DNA from: Lama guanicoe
Taxonomy: Eukaryota
NCBI GenBank assembly: GCA_013239625.1
Contig: MU053396.1
Coordinates: forward strand, 1-64,000
DNA: 64,000 bases
Direction of reading: 5' to 3'
The notes under the pieces were generated by a model. The model was not told where the DNA came from and searched no databases. It was given only the letters and a program-made list of their open reading frames with translations. The position numbers and the translations under genes were made by a program. Positions 12,380 through 26,292 of the stretch are shown here, one piece after another. Numbering within the stretch: position 1 is the first letter of the stretch; each line of letters starts with the position of its first letter.

Positions 12380-13187
12380 GTAAGTCAGCCCGTCACTGTC
12401 TTGTCTGAACCAGGTGCAAACTCTGGGGTGGCTTGCTCTCTTACTGCCTTATTCACTAGTACAGACGAGTAAACTGCTATGTTCTAGACACAGTTCTAAA
12501 TGGACCAAGAGCTGCTCTTTCAAGCCTGGATTCTACTCGTTAAAATCGCTGTGAGTGCTCACTATCTCTAAACGTCTCCAGCAGCAGAGGCATCACAGCT
12601 TCTCCACCTGCAGACACAGCAGCCTTGGGGTTGCTTGAGACCTCGCATCCCCTCCAGGATCCCCTCCAGATTTCCGGAAACATGATTGGACACAGAGTTG
12701 TAAAAGCAAAAATGCTCTTGTTGAACAGGGCTTTTACTTTATGTGGGCTCTACAATTTGGGCAAATAAGAACACTGTTATTTCTAGAAAAGGGAATCTTG
12801 CTGTATTCATCACTTCTGTTTTGGCTGAAAATGGCCCGAATTCAACTTAGGTTTGTCAAAGAGAGAGTCACTGTCTTCTTGAGCAGACTAAAGGAAAGCA
12901 GGGGACCAGGGAGTCTCAGGTACAAGTAGCACCAGGGGCTTGACTGCAACTAACACTCCCACCTCTTATTTCCTCTTTGCTCTGATTGACTCATTTTTCA
13001 GACCAATGACATGTACAAACTGTATCCTCAGCCGTGTCTAGGGTCTTACCTCTCATCCTGAGGTCCTGAAGTATCCAAGGAATGAATTTGAGTCAGTGGC
13101 CTGCACCCTGGCTTAGCTGTACTGGGTACCACTGAGGGGCTGGCTGAAGCGTCAGCTAGCAGCAAGCTTTAGGGCTAGAAGCGAAGC

Positions 13188-13362
13188 NNNNNNNNNNNNN
13201 NNNNNNNNNNNNNNNNNNNNNNNNNNNNNNNNNNNNNNNNNNNNNNNNNNNNNNNNNNNNNNNNNNNNNNNNNNNNNNNNNNNNNNNNNNNNNNNNNNNN
13301 NNNNNNNNNNNNNNNNNNNNNNNNNNNNNNNNNNNNNNNNNNNNNNNNNNNNNNNNNNNNNN
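13188..13362. other. Assembly gap (N)
   Basis: Run of N. Confidence 0.99.
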
Positions 13363-13490
13363 CCAGAGGGGAGGGTGGCTGCACCTGCAGTTAACCCCGT
13401 GCAGGAGGGATCCCTGTCACCCCTGCTGACAACTCACTGCACAGTCCTGACCTGAACTCCCACCTGCCGCACATGCCACACTACACTAGG

Positions 13491-13552
13491 NNNNNNNNNN
13501 NNNNNNNNNNNNNNNNNNNNNNNNNNNNNNNNNNNNNNNNNNNNNNNNNNNN
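13491..13552. other. Assembly gap (N)
   Basis: Run of N. Confidence 0.99.
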
Positions 13553-14462
13553 GAGGTGGGGGTGGAGCTGCTCAGAAGATGGACGGTCTCAAGTGACCCT
13601 CAGTGGAGCTGAATGGGTTCTCCCTGGAGGACTGAAGGCTCTGTCCTGCTTAGATGAAAGCAAACCATGTCTAACACATTCATTTTTTTTAAAGTGGTCA
13701 AAGGCTATTTTCTTAAAAAAAATCTTAATCAGTGTTTACTTCTTTTTGGGGATCCCCATATTGAACCCTACACAAATAGACCCTAAGCTTTTCTTCTGAC
13801 AATAAAACTCCATTCCTAACCTCTGCTGCTTGAATCGCCTGGAAAACCAAGAAAGTATTAACCGTGACTTCACAGGCCCCATTTCCTCACACTTTCTTCA
13901 CGATCAGCCCCTGACTTCTCCCTCCTCTGCGACCACTGCTGCTCCCTCTGCAGCCAGCCTCCCAGCTCCACACAGACCCAGCTGTGCCTGGATGCGGGTT
14001 GTGATTCCATCAGCGAATGTGACTTTATTCTCTGAGGAAGAGGCCATCAGTCCTGGAGTGAATAGGACAATGAGATGGGAGAGGGAGGTGTTCTTTATCA
14101 GGCACGTGGTTAGAGTGAGGCAGGTCATCAGAGGACATTTGCTGAAAAACTCTGTACTTAATGTTCCCCAAAACCCACTTCAATACACTCTAGTCTTTTA
14201 GGACCCTTGTTCTGTTCCTAATCACTTCTTCATTTCACTCCCTCATTCCATTTCAGTCTCTCCTTCTCTATGAGGCCCCTTAGATCTCTATGGTTTCACT
14301 ATCTAGTCAATCATTAACCTGTCAGGATAATTTGGATCCGTGGAAATATGGGAGTGTTGACTCATGACTGCATGAATATTGTATGTAGGGAAAGTGCATG
14401 CAGCACATCGTTTCCATTTTCCATATAACTGATGATCATAGACTTTCATATTCTTCTTAAAT

Positions 14463-16235
14463 TATTTTTAATTGGAGTGCAGTTGATTCACTATATTATA
14501 CTAGGTTCAAGTGTACAGCATAGTGATTCAGTCTTTGCTCCATTAGAGGTCATTACAAGATAATGGCTTTGATTCCCTGCCCTAACAATATATCCTTGTT
14601 GCTCATCTATTTTATACATAGTAGGTTGTATCTCTTAATCACATGCCCCTAACTTGCCCCTCCGCACTTTATTCTCCCCACAGGTAACCACTCGTTTGTG
14701 TTCTATATCACTGAGTCTGTTTCTGTTTTGCTATACACATTCATTTCTGTTCTATTTTAGGTTCTATGTATAAGTGGTATCATACAGTATTTGTTTTCCT
14801 CTGTCTGACATACTTCACTAAGTATAATGTTCTCTAGATCCAACCACAATGCTGCAAATGTACATTTCACTCTTTTTCATGGCTGTGTGATAGTCCATTG
14901 TCTGTACATAACACTTCTTTATCCATTCATCTGTTGATGACCTCTTGGCTTGTTCCATATCTAAGCTATTATAAATAGGGCTGCTATGAATATGGGGTGC
15001 ACATAGCTTTTCAAATTAGTGTTTTTGTTTTTTTCTGGATATATAACTAGGAGTGGAATTGCTGGATCATTATGGTAGTTTTAGTTTCAGTTTTTTGATG
15101 AGACTTCATATTGTTTTACATAATGTGTGTACCAATATACCTTCTCACCAGCAGTGTAGGAGGGTTTCCTTTTCTCCACAGCCTCTCCAGCATTTATTAT
15201 TTGTATACTTTTGGATAATAGCCATTCTGACAGATGTGAAGTGATCCCTCATTGTGGTTTTGATTCGCGTGTCTCCCATTATTAGCCATGATGAGCATCT
15301 TTTCATGTGTTCATTAGCCATCCCTATGTTTCCTTGGGAAAATGTCTAGTCACATCTTCCTGCCATTTTTTTCTTCATTGGGTTGTTTGGGCGTTTTTTT
15401 AAAATGAGTTATAGGACCTGTTTATATATTTTTGATATTAAACCCTTGTCAGTCATATTATTTGCAAATATCTTCTCCCATTCAGTAGGTTGTCTTTTTG
15501 TTTTGTCAGTGATTTCCTTAAAAGCTGCGCACAAGCTTTTAAGTTTAATCAGGTCTCATTTGTTTACGTTTGCTTTTATTCCTTTTGCTTTAGGAGACTG
15601 ATCCAAAAAATATTGCTACAATCTATGCCAAAGAGTGTTCTGCCTGTGTTCCCATCTGGGATTTTTATGGTTTAAGTTCTTATATTTAAGTCTTTAAACC
15701 ATTTTCAGTTTATTTCTGTATATGGTGTAAGAGAATGTTCTAATTTCATTGTTTTACATGTGGCTGTCCAGCTTTCTCAACACCACTTGTTGAAGAGGCT
15801 GTCCTTTCTCCACTGTATAGTCTTGCCTCCTTTGTCATGGATTATTGACCATAGGTGCACTGGTTTATTTCTTTTTCTATTCTGCTTTCTGTTCTGTTCC
15901 GTAGATCCATGTGTCTGTTTTTGTGCCAGAACCATGCTGTTTTGATTACTGTAACTTTGTAGTAGAGTCTGAAGTCAGGGAGCAGGAAATCTTCAGCTTT
16001 GTTTTTTTGCTCAAGATTGCTTTGGCAAATCTGGGGTCTTCTGCGGTTTCATATAAATTTTAGGACCATGTGTTCTAATTCTGTGAAAAACGTCATGGGT
16101 GTTTTGACTGAGATTGCATTAAATCTGTCAGTTGCTCTGGGTAGCATGGACATTTTAACAAAATGAATTCTTCCATTACAAGAACATAGGATATCTTTCC
16201 ATTTTTTTGTATCATTTTCAAATTCCTTCATCAGG
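14463..16235 (-). mobile_element. 5'-truncated LINE-1 (ORF2 C-terminal part plus 3' UTR)
   Basis: Minus-strand [54 protein letters not shown] is L1 ORF2. L1 3' UTR-like sequence lies near 14470. Confidence 0.9.
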
Positions 16236-16239
16236 CTCA

Positions 16240-17935
16240 CTAAAATAAACCTTTGACCAAAGACTTTTTATAATGATAAGAGGTCCGTATGACAAGACTA
16301 AAGTAATAAATGTATAAATGCTTAATTACAGAGCTCCAAAATAGATGAAGCATGTAGTAGCAGAACTGGTAAAGAAATAGATTTATTTCTCTAATATTTA
16401 TATATCAATTACCTTTAGAAATCAATTATATTCATAAATCAATTGTCCTAGCTCAATAATAGAACTAGTCAACAGAAAACAAGCAAGGATATAGAGAATT
16501 TAAACCAGATCCTAAGCAAACTTGATCTACTTGACATGTATCACATCCTAAAAGAAAAGAATAGACTTTCTTTTTCAAGTGCACCTGGAATATTAACAAA
16601 AATAAACTGCATTATGGCTCTAATCAAGTCTCAGGCAGTTTAAAGGAACTGAATACAAAGTATATTCTCTGACCACAGTTATATTAAATTAAAAATGCAT
16701 ATCTGGAAAATCCCCAAATATTTAGAAATTTAACCAACCCACTTCGAATCCATGGATCATCATGGCTTAAAGAGAAAATCAGACAACAAATTAGAATTCT
16801 TTTTAACTCAATGACAATGAAATCAAAACATATGGGAGGCTTCAAAAGCAGAGTTGGGGGAAATTTGTGACATTAAAAGATAATAAGAGACCACTACAAA
16901 CAACTTAAGCAAATAAATTTGATGACTGGTATGAAGTAAATGAAGTTCATTAAAGAGCCACTTACTGAACTAAGTTAAGAAGAAACAGGGAACCTAAATA
17001 ATCATATAGGAATTAAAGAAATTAAATTTATCATTAGAAATACTCCACAAAGAAAATGCTAGGCTCAGATGGCTTCATTTGTGAATGCTATCCAACATTT
17101 AGGTATTAATAGCAGCACTACATAAACTCCTGGAAGAAATACAAGAAGAAACACTTTCCAAATTATTTTATTAGGCTAGTTTTAACATTAATACAAAAAC
17201 CAGAAAAGGATGTCAAAAGGTCACTGTAGACCAGTGTCATTCATGAAACAAGAAAACATCAGCAAATCGAATCCAACCAAGTACAACCAAGTACGTTTTA
17301 TCTCAGGAGGCCTGTTTGGATGAGTATAAATACATCCATGTAATGTGTCGTATCAATGGAATAAAGAACAATAAACATAGAGTCATCTCTACAGAGAAAA
17401 AGCATTTAAAAATTCAACACTCATTCATGATAAAATCTCTCAGCAAACTAGGAATAAAAGGCCACGTCTTTCATTTGATAAAGGGCATCTGTGAAAGACC
17501 TACTGCTGACATCATACTTGATGGTGGAAGACTGAACACTTTCTACTCAAGGCAAGGAAGAAGGCGAGGATGTCAACTCTCACCATTTCTATTACACTTC
17601 TGGTACATTTCTGTTGTACTAGAGGTCCTAGCCAGAGCAGGAATGCAAGGAGAAAAGAAATAAAAGGATACAATTCATTTAAAAAGAAATAAAGTGTAGA
17701 TATGCATTTGCAGCTGACATGATCCTGTACATAAATTCCTTGGGCAAAGAAGTCTTCTAGAAGTGATAGTTGAACTTAGGAAGACTTCAGGGTCCAAGTC
17801 AGCTGTGTTTCTATGTACCAGTAACATGAAATTAGGAAAATGAATTATTTTAAATTCCATTTATAATATCATCAGAATAAAATAATTAGGTATCAATTCA
17901 AACAAAGCGTGCCAGATTTACACTGAAATCTACAC
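16240..17935 (+). mobile_element. Old LINE-1 ORF2 fragment; paralog at about 41460-42835
   Basis: KIQHSFMIKSLSKLGIKG...PTADIILDGGRLNTF...GRRRGCQLSPFL is the L1 RT region, with many stops. Confidence 0.8.
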
Positions 17936-17949
17936 AGTTTTTTTCTAAG

Positions 17950-18980
17950 AGTTTCAGCCTCTTTGGTGAAGTATTCTTTCTGTTCTCATCTCATTCCCAA
18001 GCTCATTATTCTGCCTTTCTGAGTTTTCTTGGAGCTTGCTGAGTTTCTTCATGACAGCAATTTTGAATTCTCCGTCAGTTATATCAGAATATTCCATGAC
18101 TGGAAGTTTGGTTGTGGAGGGCTGTTGTTTACTTTTTGTGATACATGTTACTGTGGTTCTCCTCGTGCTGGATGCGTGGTTCCTCTGCCAACTCATTGGA
18201 GGCAGGGAGCACTTTGCAGCTTGAATTTAACAATTCAACAGATGAGACAGTAGAGGCTTTTCTTTTGTCTTCCTGGAGGTGGCGATAGAGCACCTGTTCT
18301 CTTCCCTCTGTCCCTACTTGGGAGTTGGCACTTTCCACCCCTCACCTCTGGCAGGGGTGTCGCCCCACCCTCCTTATTGCTTCCTGTGCCTCCAGGTACT
18401 TTGGTGCCTTGATGCTGCCAGTGTCGCTGGCATCGCTGCTTGGTGAACGGGGATAATGAGCTCTGCCTATGAGCTCTGCCTTCAGGTCCAGTATCCCCTG
18501 AATCAGAGGGGGGAAACAAGGGAGAGGGGGAGCTAGGGGAGCTCCTCTGCCATGTCCTGTGTTGTAAGGCTCTCAGGCTCTGCTACTGTGAGTGGGGGGT
18601 TGAGGGGGGCCAAAGTCATGGGTGGCCCGGTGGCTGGTGGGTTGGGGTCCCAGGACCCACTCCTTTGGCTGCCTAGTTATACCTGAGGTCCTGGGCATTA
18701 ATTTGACTGGAAGACTGGATTCCTGTGAGTCACCTCCCTGCTACACTGGATGTCCTGGGGCTTCCAGCTCAGTGGCCACAGCTGGGGACCAGGATCGGAG
18801 GCTCTGCCTCTGTTCTTCCCTGCGTTCTGCTCCTCCATGGGTTCCAGTCCACCCACCTCTATATGTCCATTGTGTGGGATTCTCCAGAGTTCTACTGTGT
18901 TGGGTGGAGTCACCTTTGTTGTGTTGTTTGTTTATTGGTTGTGGATGGAAGGGAAGACACTAAGGCAGCTTTTCACTCCT
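17950..18980 (-). mobile_element. LINE-1 5' UTR / ORF1 N-terminal fragment
   Basis: Minus-strand MEYSDITDGEFKIAVMKKLSKLQENSERQNNELGN resembles the L1 ORF1p N-terminus. Absent from the paralogous L1 at about 42590. Confidence 0.7.
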
Positions 18981-21900
18981 CCTGAGGGTGATGTGTCTCC
19001 TCCGGGTCCCAGTCTTTCATCCAAAATACGTAATTCTGCTCAGCTGGAAATGACGCTAACCTGCAATCTGTGGGGCCCTGGGGAGACTCCCCTAACCCAC
19101 AACCCAAACCCTGAGTCATCAGGTAGACCCAGAAATTAGCTTTGGGTCCAGAACTACAGGACATTTAATCTCAGGGTCTGGAGATGACTGGAGACAAGCC
19201 TGAAGGATCCAGACAGCAGGTCCCTGTCTGTTAGGTTCACAAAAGGGAAGAACAGACAGGACACCAGGGTACTGGGCTCTCAGGACTGAGGAGAAGAGGG
19301 GGCCTTCAGAGTTTCAAAGGGTGGAAAGTTTGATGCCTGCACAGGAGGGTCCATGCTTGGTCTCCTTGGATACCATGTTGAGACCTGTGGGTCCAGTAGG
19401 TCTTGTGAGGAGAGGGGCAGGTGGTTTTCATGTTCTCAGGGAAATGTTCGGGGAACACCTGGGCCCAAACTCCTGGCTGATCTCTTTGTAGCCACTGAGG
19501 TCTCCAGGCTCCACCCCACGTCCTGTCCTCTGCTCTCCAGGAATGACCTCCATGGCCACCAGCTGGGCAGGCCTTTTTTCAAAACCCCTGGGCCAGTCTT
19601 TTTGGCACAGTGGTCCCCACTGTCATAGCACATAAAGAGACGGTGTCCAAGGCTGTGAGCTGAGGACAGGCTCACCCAGCATCCTGTGCGCAGAGGGGGG
19701 ATGGGTACTGGGAGAAGGGGTATTTCTCTGCAAGAGAGGAATCCCTTTCATCACCTCCCTTCTCTTCCATATGTATTTCCTTTCCTCCATATGTATTTGA
19801 GTTGCAGCATACCTGTAAGGACAGAAAATACCTAAAACTTAAGTAGAGTTTACTGTCGAAATACAGAGCTAACACCTGTGTAATGACCATCAGTGTGAAA
19901 ACAAGAGCCTCTCCCAGCACCCAGCCCAGGAGCCCCTGTGCCTCTCCCCACACAGACCCCATCCCTCCTGCACACGTGGCCACTGAGATGGCCCCTCCCC
20001 CCACCCCTCTCTTCTCTGCTTCTTCCTTCTCCAGTCCTGTTGGCCTCCGTCCCCTACTGTCATGATTTCTTCCTTCTCCTCACTTCTCAAGGGGCCCCGT
20101 TACCCTAGGGATCTCCTCCCCCTCCCCCTCCTCCACAGCATCCTAGGGATGGAGGTTCCAGAGTTGATACCCTGGTGCAAGAGCCTACATCCTTGTTAGC
20201 AGCAATGGAAACAGGTGACAGGCACTTGTGGTTCAAGGCACTATCCCAGGAGAGTGAGGGCGTCCAGTATGTTTGTGGGGTCCACAATGGACCTGGGAAC
20301 CAACTTTTATGGTTCTCAAGATCTGCTCCTCCCTGAGGTCAAAGTCCTTGGTAATTCAATGGGGAGAAAAATCTATGTAAGCCTGTAGTTTGGGATACAA
20401 CTCACACTCTAAACTTGACACTGGATGGGACACCCCCTTGAATGCACAGCCCTGTCCCACTGCTGGGAGCCCAAGGAGACCCTGGTCAGGTCCCTGGTAA
20501 GGAGGTCAAAGACGAGCTCAGGTCTCCTGTCATTATCCTTGTGACCACACAAGGGCGCTGCTGCCCTGTGCGCGGCTATTCAGCACAGCCTGGGGACAGG
20601 AGGGGCTGTGGTCTGAGTTACAGGGAGATGGCTGACCTGAAGGCTGAACAGCAAAGAACAGATGAGAATGCTTTCTGAGTAGCTCTGGGGTCAGGTTTGG
20701 GGGTAGGGCAGGGAGTGGAGGAGAGGAGAGCCCTGCATCCTTGCCCTGTGTCTGAGGTTCCCATCTTCTCTCTCCACAATACACTTTCCACTCCTTGATG
20801 AAAACACCCTGGAAATCTCAGCATCTGTATTGTTTCTTCCACTCCCTGCTCCTCTTTGGAGGAGACTAAATTTTTTTTAAATTATACTGCAGTTTGTAAT
20901 TTACAAAAAAGTAGCAGAGTTAGCCTAGAGTTACTTTATATCTCACACTCAGTTTCCCAGTGGGAACATCTCATACAATGATCATGTATTTGTCACAGCT
21001 AATGAAGCACTACTGATACATTATTAATAAAGTCCAATATTTATTTGGATTTCATTAGTTTTTCTTTATTTCTGATCCAGGGTCCCATCAAAGACACCCT
21101 ATTATAGTAAGTTCAAATCAAGTCTCCTTCAGGCTCTGTGGTTGTGACAGTCCCTCATTTTTGTATATTCTTGAGTATCTTTTCAGTTCTCTTGTCTGCT
21201 CATAAATAATGCTTTCAAAAGACGACATTAATATCCTTACACTTGTGAAGCACTTGACAGATCATCATCAGCTCATGTGTCAGGACGCACATTCTGATCC
21301 TCTCCTCCAGACCCATCACTTCTGACTGAGCTCTTCTGCCACAGAAATTCCATTACTGGAAAAGATGGGCTGGATTGTATGCATTGACAATAGCTTAAAT
21401 AGACATGTGAAATACCAAAACTATCTTAAACACATCAAAAAAGGTGACAAGATACTCATAAAGGGCCACACCCAAAAAAGAAAGGAAAGATTCTGCTTGG
21501 TCTCCTCAGAGAACATGGTCCTGAGAAAAGGAGAAAATGCTCCATGAGTTCACTGCCCAGAGCCCAGCACATCCAGCTCTGCACCGCATGCTCTTGACTT
21601 TTCTATCAATCTGCTGTCCCTTAAAAATTTTTCAATAAAACTTTTTAAAATTCTGATTATAATGTACTTGTAATGTATCATATATTGTATAATGTATATT
21701 CAATGTAAAACAAGTTATAATGTGTTGAAAGTGATCAATGACAAAGTAAAAAGAACTACAATCCTCTGGAAATATTTTGTTACATTTTCTTTTACTTTTT
21801 TATACATCCTCCTGCTGCTGACCAAGTGCTGGAATTTTCTCTCTCTAAACTGATGAGCACAGACCTCAGTGGCCCCCACTCTGCACTCTCAGATGCCATT

Positions 21901-22248
21901 TCCTGAGTCAGCTCACTCTCCCACCTCCTAAGTGGGCTGTCTCTCACTTCCTGCTCCCTCCTCAATCCCCTCCACTCCTTCCCCATTCCTTATTCTTAAT
22001 GGTGAGCTTGTTTTCACTCAGAAAATAACAGAGGACTCAAGTGAGAATGACATCATCATCCTCCTGCACTCCTGCATCTGCAACTGTATCTTCACCTTCC
22101 CACGAGTGATGATGGATGGTCCCTCCTGTCTAAGGCTGCCCCTCAGGGAGGTCACAGGATGTGGCTCATCCCTCCCCTGTATTATCAGCTTCCCACTCTC
22201 TGCTGCCTCATTTGTTCTTGCCTATAAACATGCTATAATCCTCCCCCC

Positions 22249-22259
22249 CAACACACACA

Positions 22260-22297
<38 letters not shown>
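22249..22297. repeat. (CA)n microsatellite with one interruption
   Basis: Direct read. Absent at the paralogous site near 45410. Confidence 0.95.
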
Positions 22298-22300
<3 letters not shown>

Positions 22301-24999
22301 TAACAAAACTAAATAAATCAAACAAAATCCTCCCATAAAAACCCACCACTCTGCGTCCAATTTCCTCGCAACTACTGCCCCATGTCCATGACTCTTCTTA
22401 CAGAACAATTGCCGAGTCCATTCTGACACCTACCGAGTTATCTTTTCATTTTTAGCTAATGGATATTTGCACATAGCTTTTAAAAATAAAATATTTTACA
22501 AGACTTGATATCAAGACAGTCGTCCCCGATCTTCCACATCACCCCAGCTCTTGAATCTCACAGACGAGCTGTTTTAGTTCTTGTAGATGACTCTCTAATA
22601 GTTACTTCAATGCCTCTAGACAGCATGCTCCTTATAATACTCCTTTGTTTTCAGTTTTACTTATCACCTTGAGTTAATTGGTTCTTCTTTCACACACCCT
22701 TGTCCTCCCAATATAATTATAATTTATTATAAATTTATTAATATTTAAAATTTCATTAGCTCAATGTGCAATATTTGCCTTACTATGATGATGGAATTGA
22801 CAGTCACAAATGAGCATTTAGTAGACTATGACTACTTTTACTTTCTTGAATGAATTTTTTAACTTCCCTGGAATTAATTATCCTTTTGTTGTACTCATTT
22901 TCCACCATTCCCAAACTCTTCCTAGAATCTAGTCTTCATGAACGTCTTTGAGCACATCTCATATTCCACTAACTTCATCTCTCTGCACAGACCTGTCCCA
23001 CAGCCCTCAGTCCTGCCTCATGTGGACGGGGTCCCTGCACACCTGGGGCAGGGCTGACATCTCTGGTCTCCTTCACCTCCTCCCAGGCAGCCCTCTCTCC
23101 CCCTTGTTTGGCTCCCAAGGGGCCTGGATCCTATGTCTTCCCCACTGTTGATTTTCTTCATCATTTCCCCCACTTTGACTAACAGTATCCTGAGAAAGGG
23201 AACATGGAAAGTGAAGCACTGTAACTCTGAAGGGTCTCAGGCTACCCTAGGACATACATCTTGACTAGATATACAACTCTGTGCTGGAATCACTTATTTT
23301 TTCCTCAGAATTCAGAAGGCATTGCTCAATGTCTTCTAATCTCCAGGCCTATGTTTGTTGCATTTTGAAGCTTTCAAGGTCTTTTCTTTTCCAACCTCTT
23401 TCTCATATTTCACTGTGATGGGCCCTGGTCTGTTTTCATCTAGTGCACTAAGAATTTGTGTAGGCAGTTCAAGATGTAAATTTTTGTCTGTAAACTCTGA
23501 GAAGTTTTCTTGACTTTTTAATCATTTCCTACTATCCATTATGTTTGAAACTTGAATTGTTAACCTGTTGGAATTCTTGATTGACAGACTAATTGACTTA
23601 CAGGTCCTCTCTCCTCCTTGCCATTACTTTTCCATCTACTTACTGGGAGCATGACTGTAATCTTCCAATTCATCTATGGAATTATTCATTTCTATGATCA
23701 TATTTTTAATTCCCAAGAGATCTTTTTCATTCTATGATTGAATATAATTGTATAGAATTCTGGTTTTGTTTCATATTCCATTTATCTTTTCCATCTTTCA
23801 GACATCATTGATAACAGTAGCAGGGGACCGGTCAGGACTCCTGTTATCTGCTCTCATGGCATCATGAGCTCTTCCTCATGGCACTTAGCACAGCCGTGAT
23901 GTGCATCTGTCTCCGTCATTTCTGTCCCTCTCCCGCACAGCAGAGCTTGTCTCCCATCACCAGGGGCCTAACTGTTGCTCTCCTCTGGTGTCTCCTGATG
24001 CAAGGTGGCCTCAAAATAGATGTTCCTGAACTTCTCTGAGTTTCCTTTCCCTATCTGCACAGAGGGATCACACTGTAGGTGCCTTAGGGATTTGCTTTGA
24101 TAAATAAATTTGACCCTGTATGTAAGTCACATGGAATGACTGCCTGAGACACAGTCAGTGCTCCTCTTTTCACAGTGACCATCATTACAGTGATTGTATT
24201 ATTTAGTTTTTTTTTCCATTCTTTGCTTCTATAAACCACAATTCAAGATACATTCTTGAACATCTATTTTTGAGAACATGTGTGATTATCTTCTCAGGAT
24301 AAATTTCTAAAAGAGAAATGTCTCTTTCGATGTAAACATATTGCAAATATTGTGACATTTTGCAAAAGTGACCTTTAAGATTTCTGTATGAGTTTTCAAT
24401 CCCATCAGTCTTTATGACAGTCTGTTCTACCTCATTTCCTGTCAACCCTCCCCTCATTCACTTTCATCGTTGCGAACTTGATAGATTTTAATTCATTCCT
24501 ATTTCTTATTCCACATTTTCATTTTTGTTTACACTTACTTAATACTAATATATTTGTTTAATGTTTGCATTTCTTCCTTTCCAAATTCTTATCTAATATT
24601 CTTTTTTTCTTTTTTTTTTTTGGATGTAGTCGTTTTAAACTACTGCATTCAAGAAGGACAAAGCAGCCTCCGACCACAGGAACCGGTCTAACATTTACAC
24701 TGACCTCAGTGTTCTCAGAAGCGGGGCTGGTGCTCCCCATTCAGCCATGTTATTTTGCTGTGGACATAAGTCACCTCACAGAACTTCAACATCAGGCAGG
24801 GACACCTGAGACCATGACACAGGGAGACAAAACAAGACCACATCATTCTGTCTAAGCACAGACCAAACAAGGCGGCACTGTGTCCCTCACAGTGCACCAA
24901 ACCTCTCCCTGTGTTAATACAGCAGTCACTGCTTCTGTCCAGGTACAGCTGTATCCTCGCTGTAGTCTGCCCTTCCTATGGGTGAGATTCAGTCAGATG

Positions 25000-25930
25000 C
25001 CCAGTCAAAACTATTTTCATAGCATTACTAAGATACTATCTGCCTTTTCACTATGTTGACATCTGCTTTGAGGTACAGCTTAGAAATAATGGAGATTATG
25101 GAAGCAAACTGCAACAGTTTTCACAAGTTACTTGCAGGAAAAAAAACAGGTTTGCTTTTAAACGTGCTGGTTGAGGCATTAAAATTATCATTCCTAAATC
25201 ATCATCCTTAAATCACATTTTAAAAATATCTTCTATGATGGACATACACATAAAGCACTTCTGCTACATTTCAAAATACTGTGTCCCATGTGAAAGAATT
25301 TGTGTGAGCTGAACTATGCTCTTTTTTATGGAATACTATTTTTACGTGAAAGAATGAATGACACTGGAAGATCTGTATAACTTCATGAAACAATGTATTT
25401 TTTTAAATCCTCCATTAGTACAAGAGGCACTCAGTGGGCAAAATAGGCTTGTGAATTTTAATGTAACAGAACAAGAAATATTCACTGATATTGTTTCAGG
25501 TCTACTTTACAAACAACCTTTGACAAACTACCACTTGTGTAGTTTTAGTTTAGTATTAAAGAGAACCATCCTCAATTATTTGAAATAGTTACTTAAAATA
25601 CTACTCCTACATATGTGTGAGACTTCAATCAAAATAACTGATTAATTGCAGCAGCAAACATGAAAATCCTGTGGTCTTCTAATGAGAGAGACTAGAAAGA
25701 GACTTGCAAAAATGTAAAAATGTAAAAAGTTCCACTCTTCTCACTACCGTGTTTATTTTGGGAAATTATTTTTATATTAAATGCATGGGTTATTAATATT
25801 ATTCTCAGTAAGCTCATAAATTTGAACTGTTATTCCTACTATGAAAAATACCGATAATTGTAGTCACATACACAAAATTATTCTTGGCTCCTCACTCATT
25901 TGTAAGACTGTGTTAAGTATTCTGACCAAA
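25000..25930. mobile_element. Probable ancient hAT/Charlie-like DNA transposon remnant upstream of the class I promoter
   Basis: AT-rich decayed sequence resembling Charlie elements; partial paralog at 48075-49340. Family assigned by eye only. Confidence 0.35.
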
Positions 25931-26099
25931 ATGTTCTATAAATAGGAAACTTACACAGCCCTGGGCCGGGACCTAGAGAGACTGTGACAAAGAGCTCTCC
26001 GTGCTGGAGGGGAGGGATCAGGGCGAAATCCCAGGTCCCTGGGAGGGCGTGGCTCTCGGGGTCTCACCGACGGCGGGGTCTGGGGCGGGGACGCTCGGT

Positions 26100-26260
26100 A
26101 CTGCGGACTCCCCATCTCTCCGGGTTTCACTTTCTCTCTCACAACCTGTGTCGGGCCCTCCTGCCTGGACACTCGTGACGCGGCCCCGCTTCTCACTCCC
26201 ATTGCGTGTCCGGTTTCTGGAGAAGCCAATCAGCGTCACCGCGGTTCCCGGTTATGAAGT
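26100..26260 (+). promoter_or_regulatory. MHC class I promoter of copy B: degenerate enhancer A, ISRE, SXY module, CCAAT, TATA-like box
   Basis: kB1-like gcggactcccc (26103-26113), ISRE ggtttcactttct (26123-26135), S box acaacctg (26141-26148), X2/CRE cgtgacg (26174-26180), Y-like attgcg (26201-26206), CCAAT (26226-26230), ttatgaa (26252-26258). Confidence 0.85.
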
Positions 26261-26292
26261 CCGCAAAGACCCGCTTAAACTGAGCTTCTATT

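Noticed and set aside
13553..14130. Possible downstream TRIM (PRY) exons
   Set aside because: Only short, weak resemblance (SEDGRS, NVTL); not supportable.
18990..20700. Exon-like splice signals on the - strand
   Set aside because: No coherent ORF or recognisable protein family.
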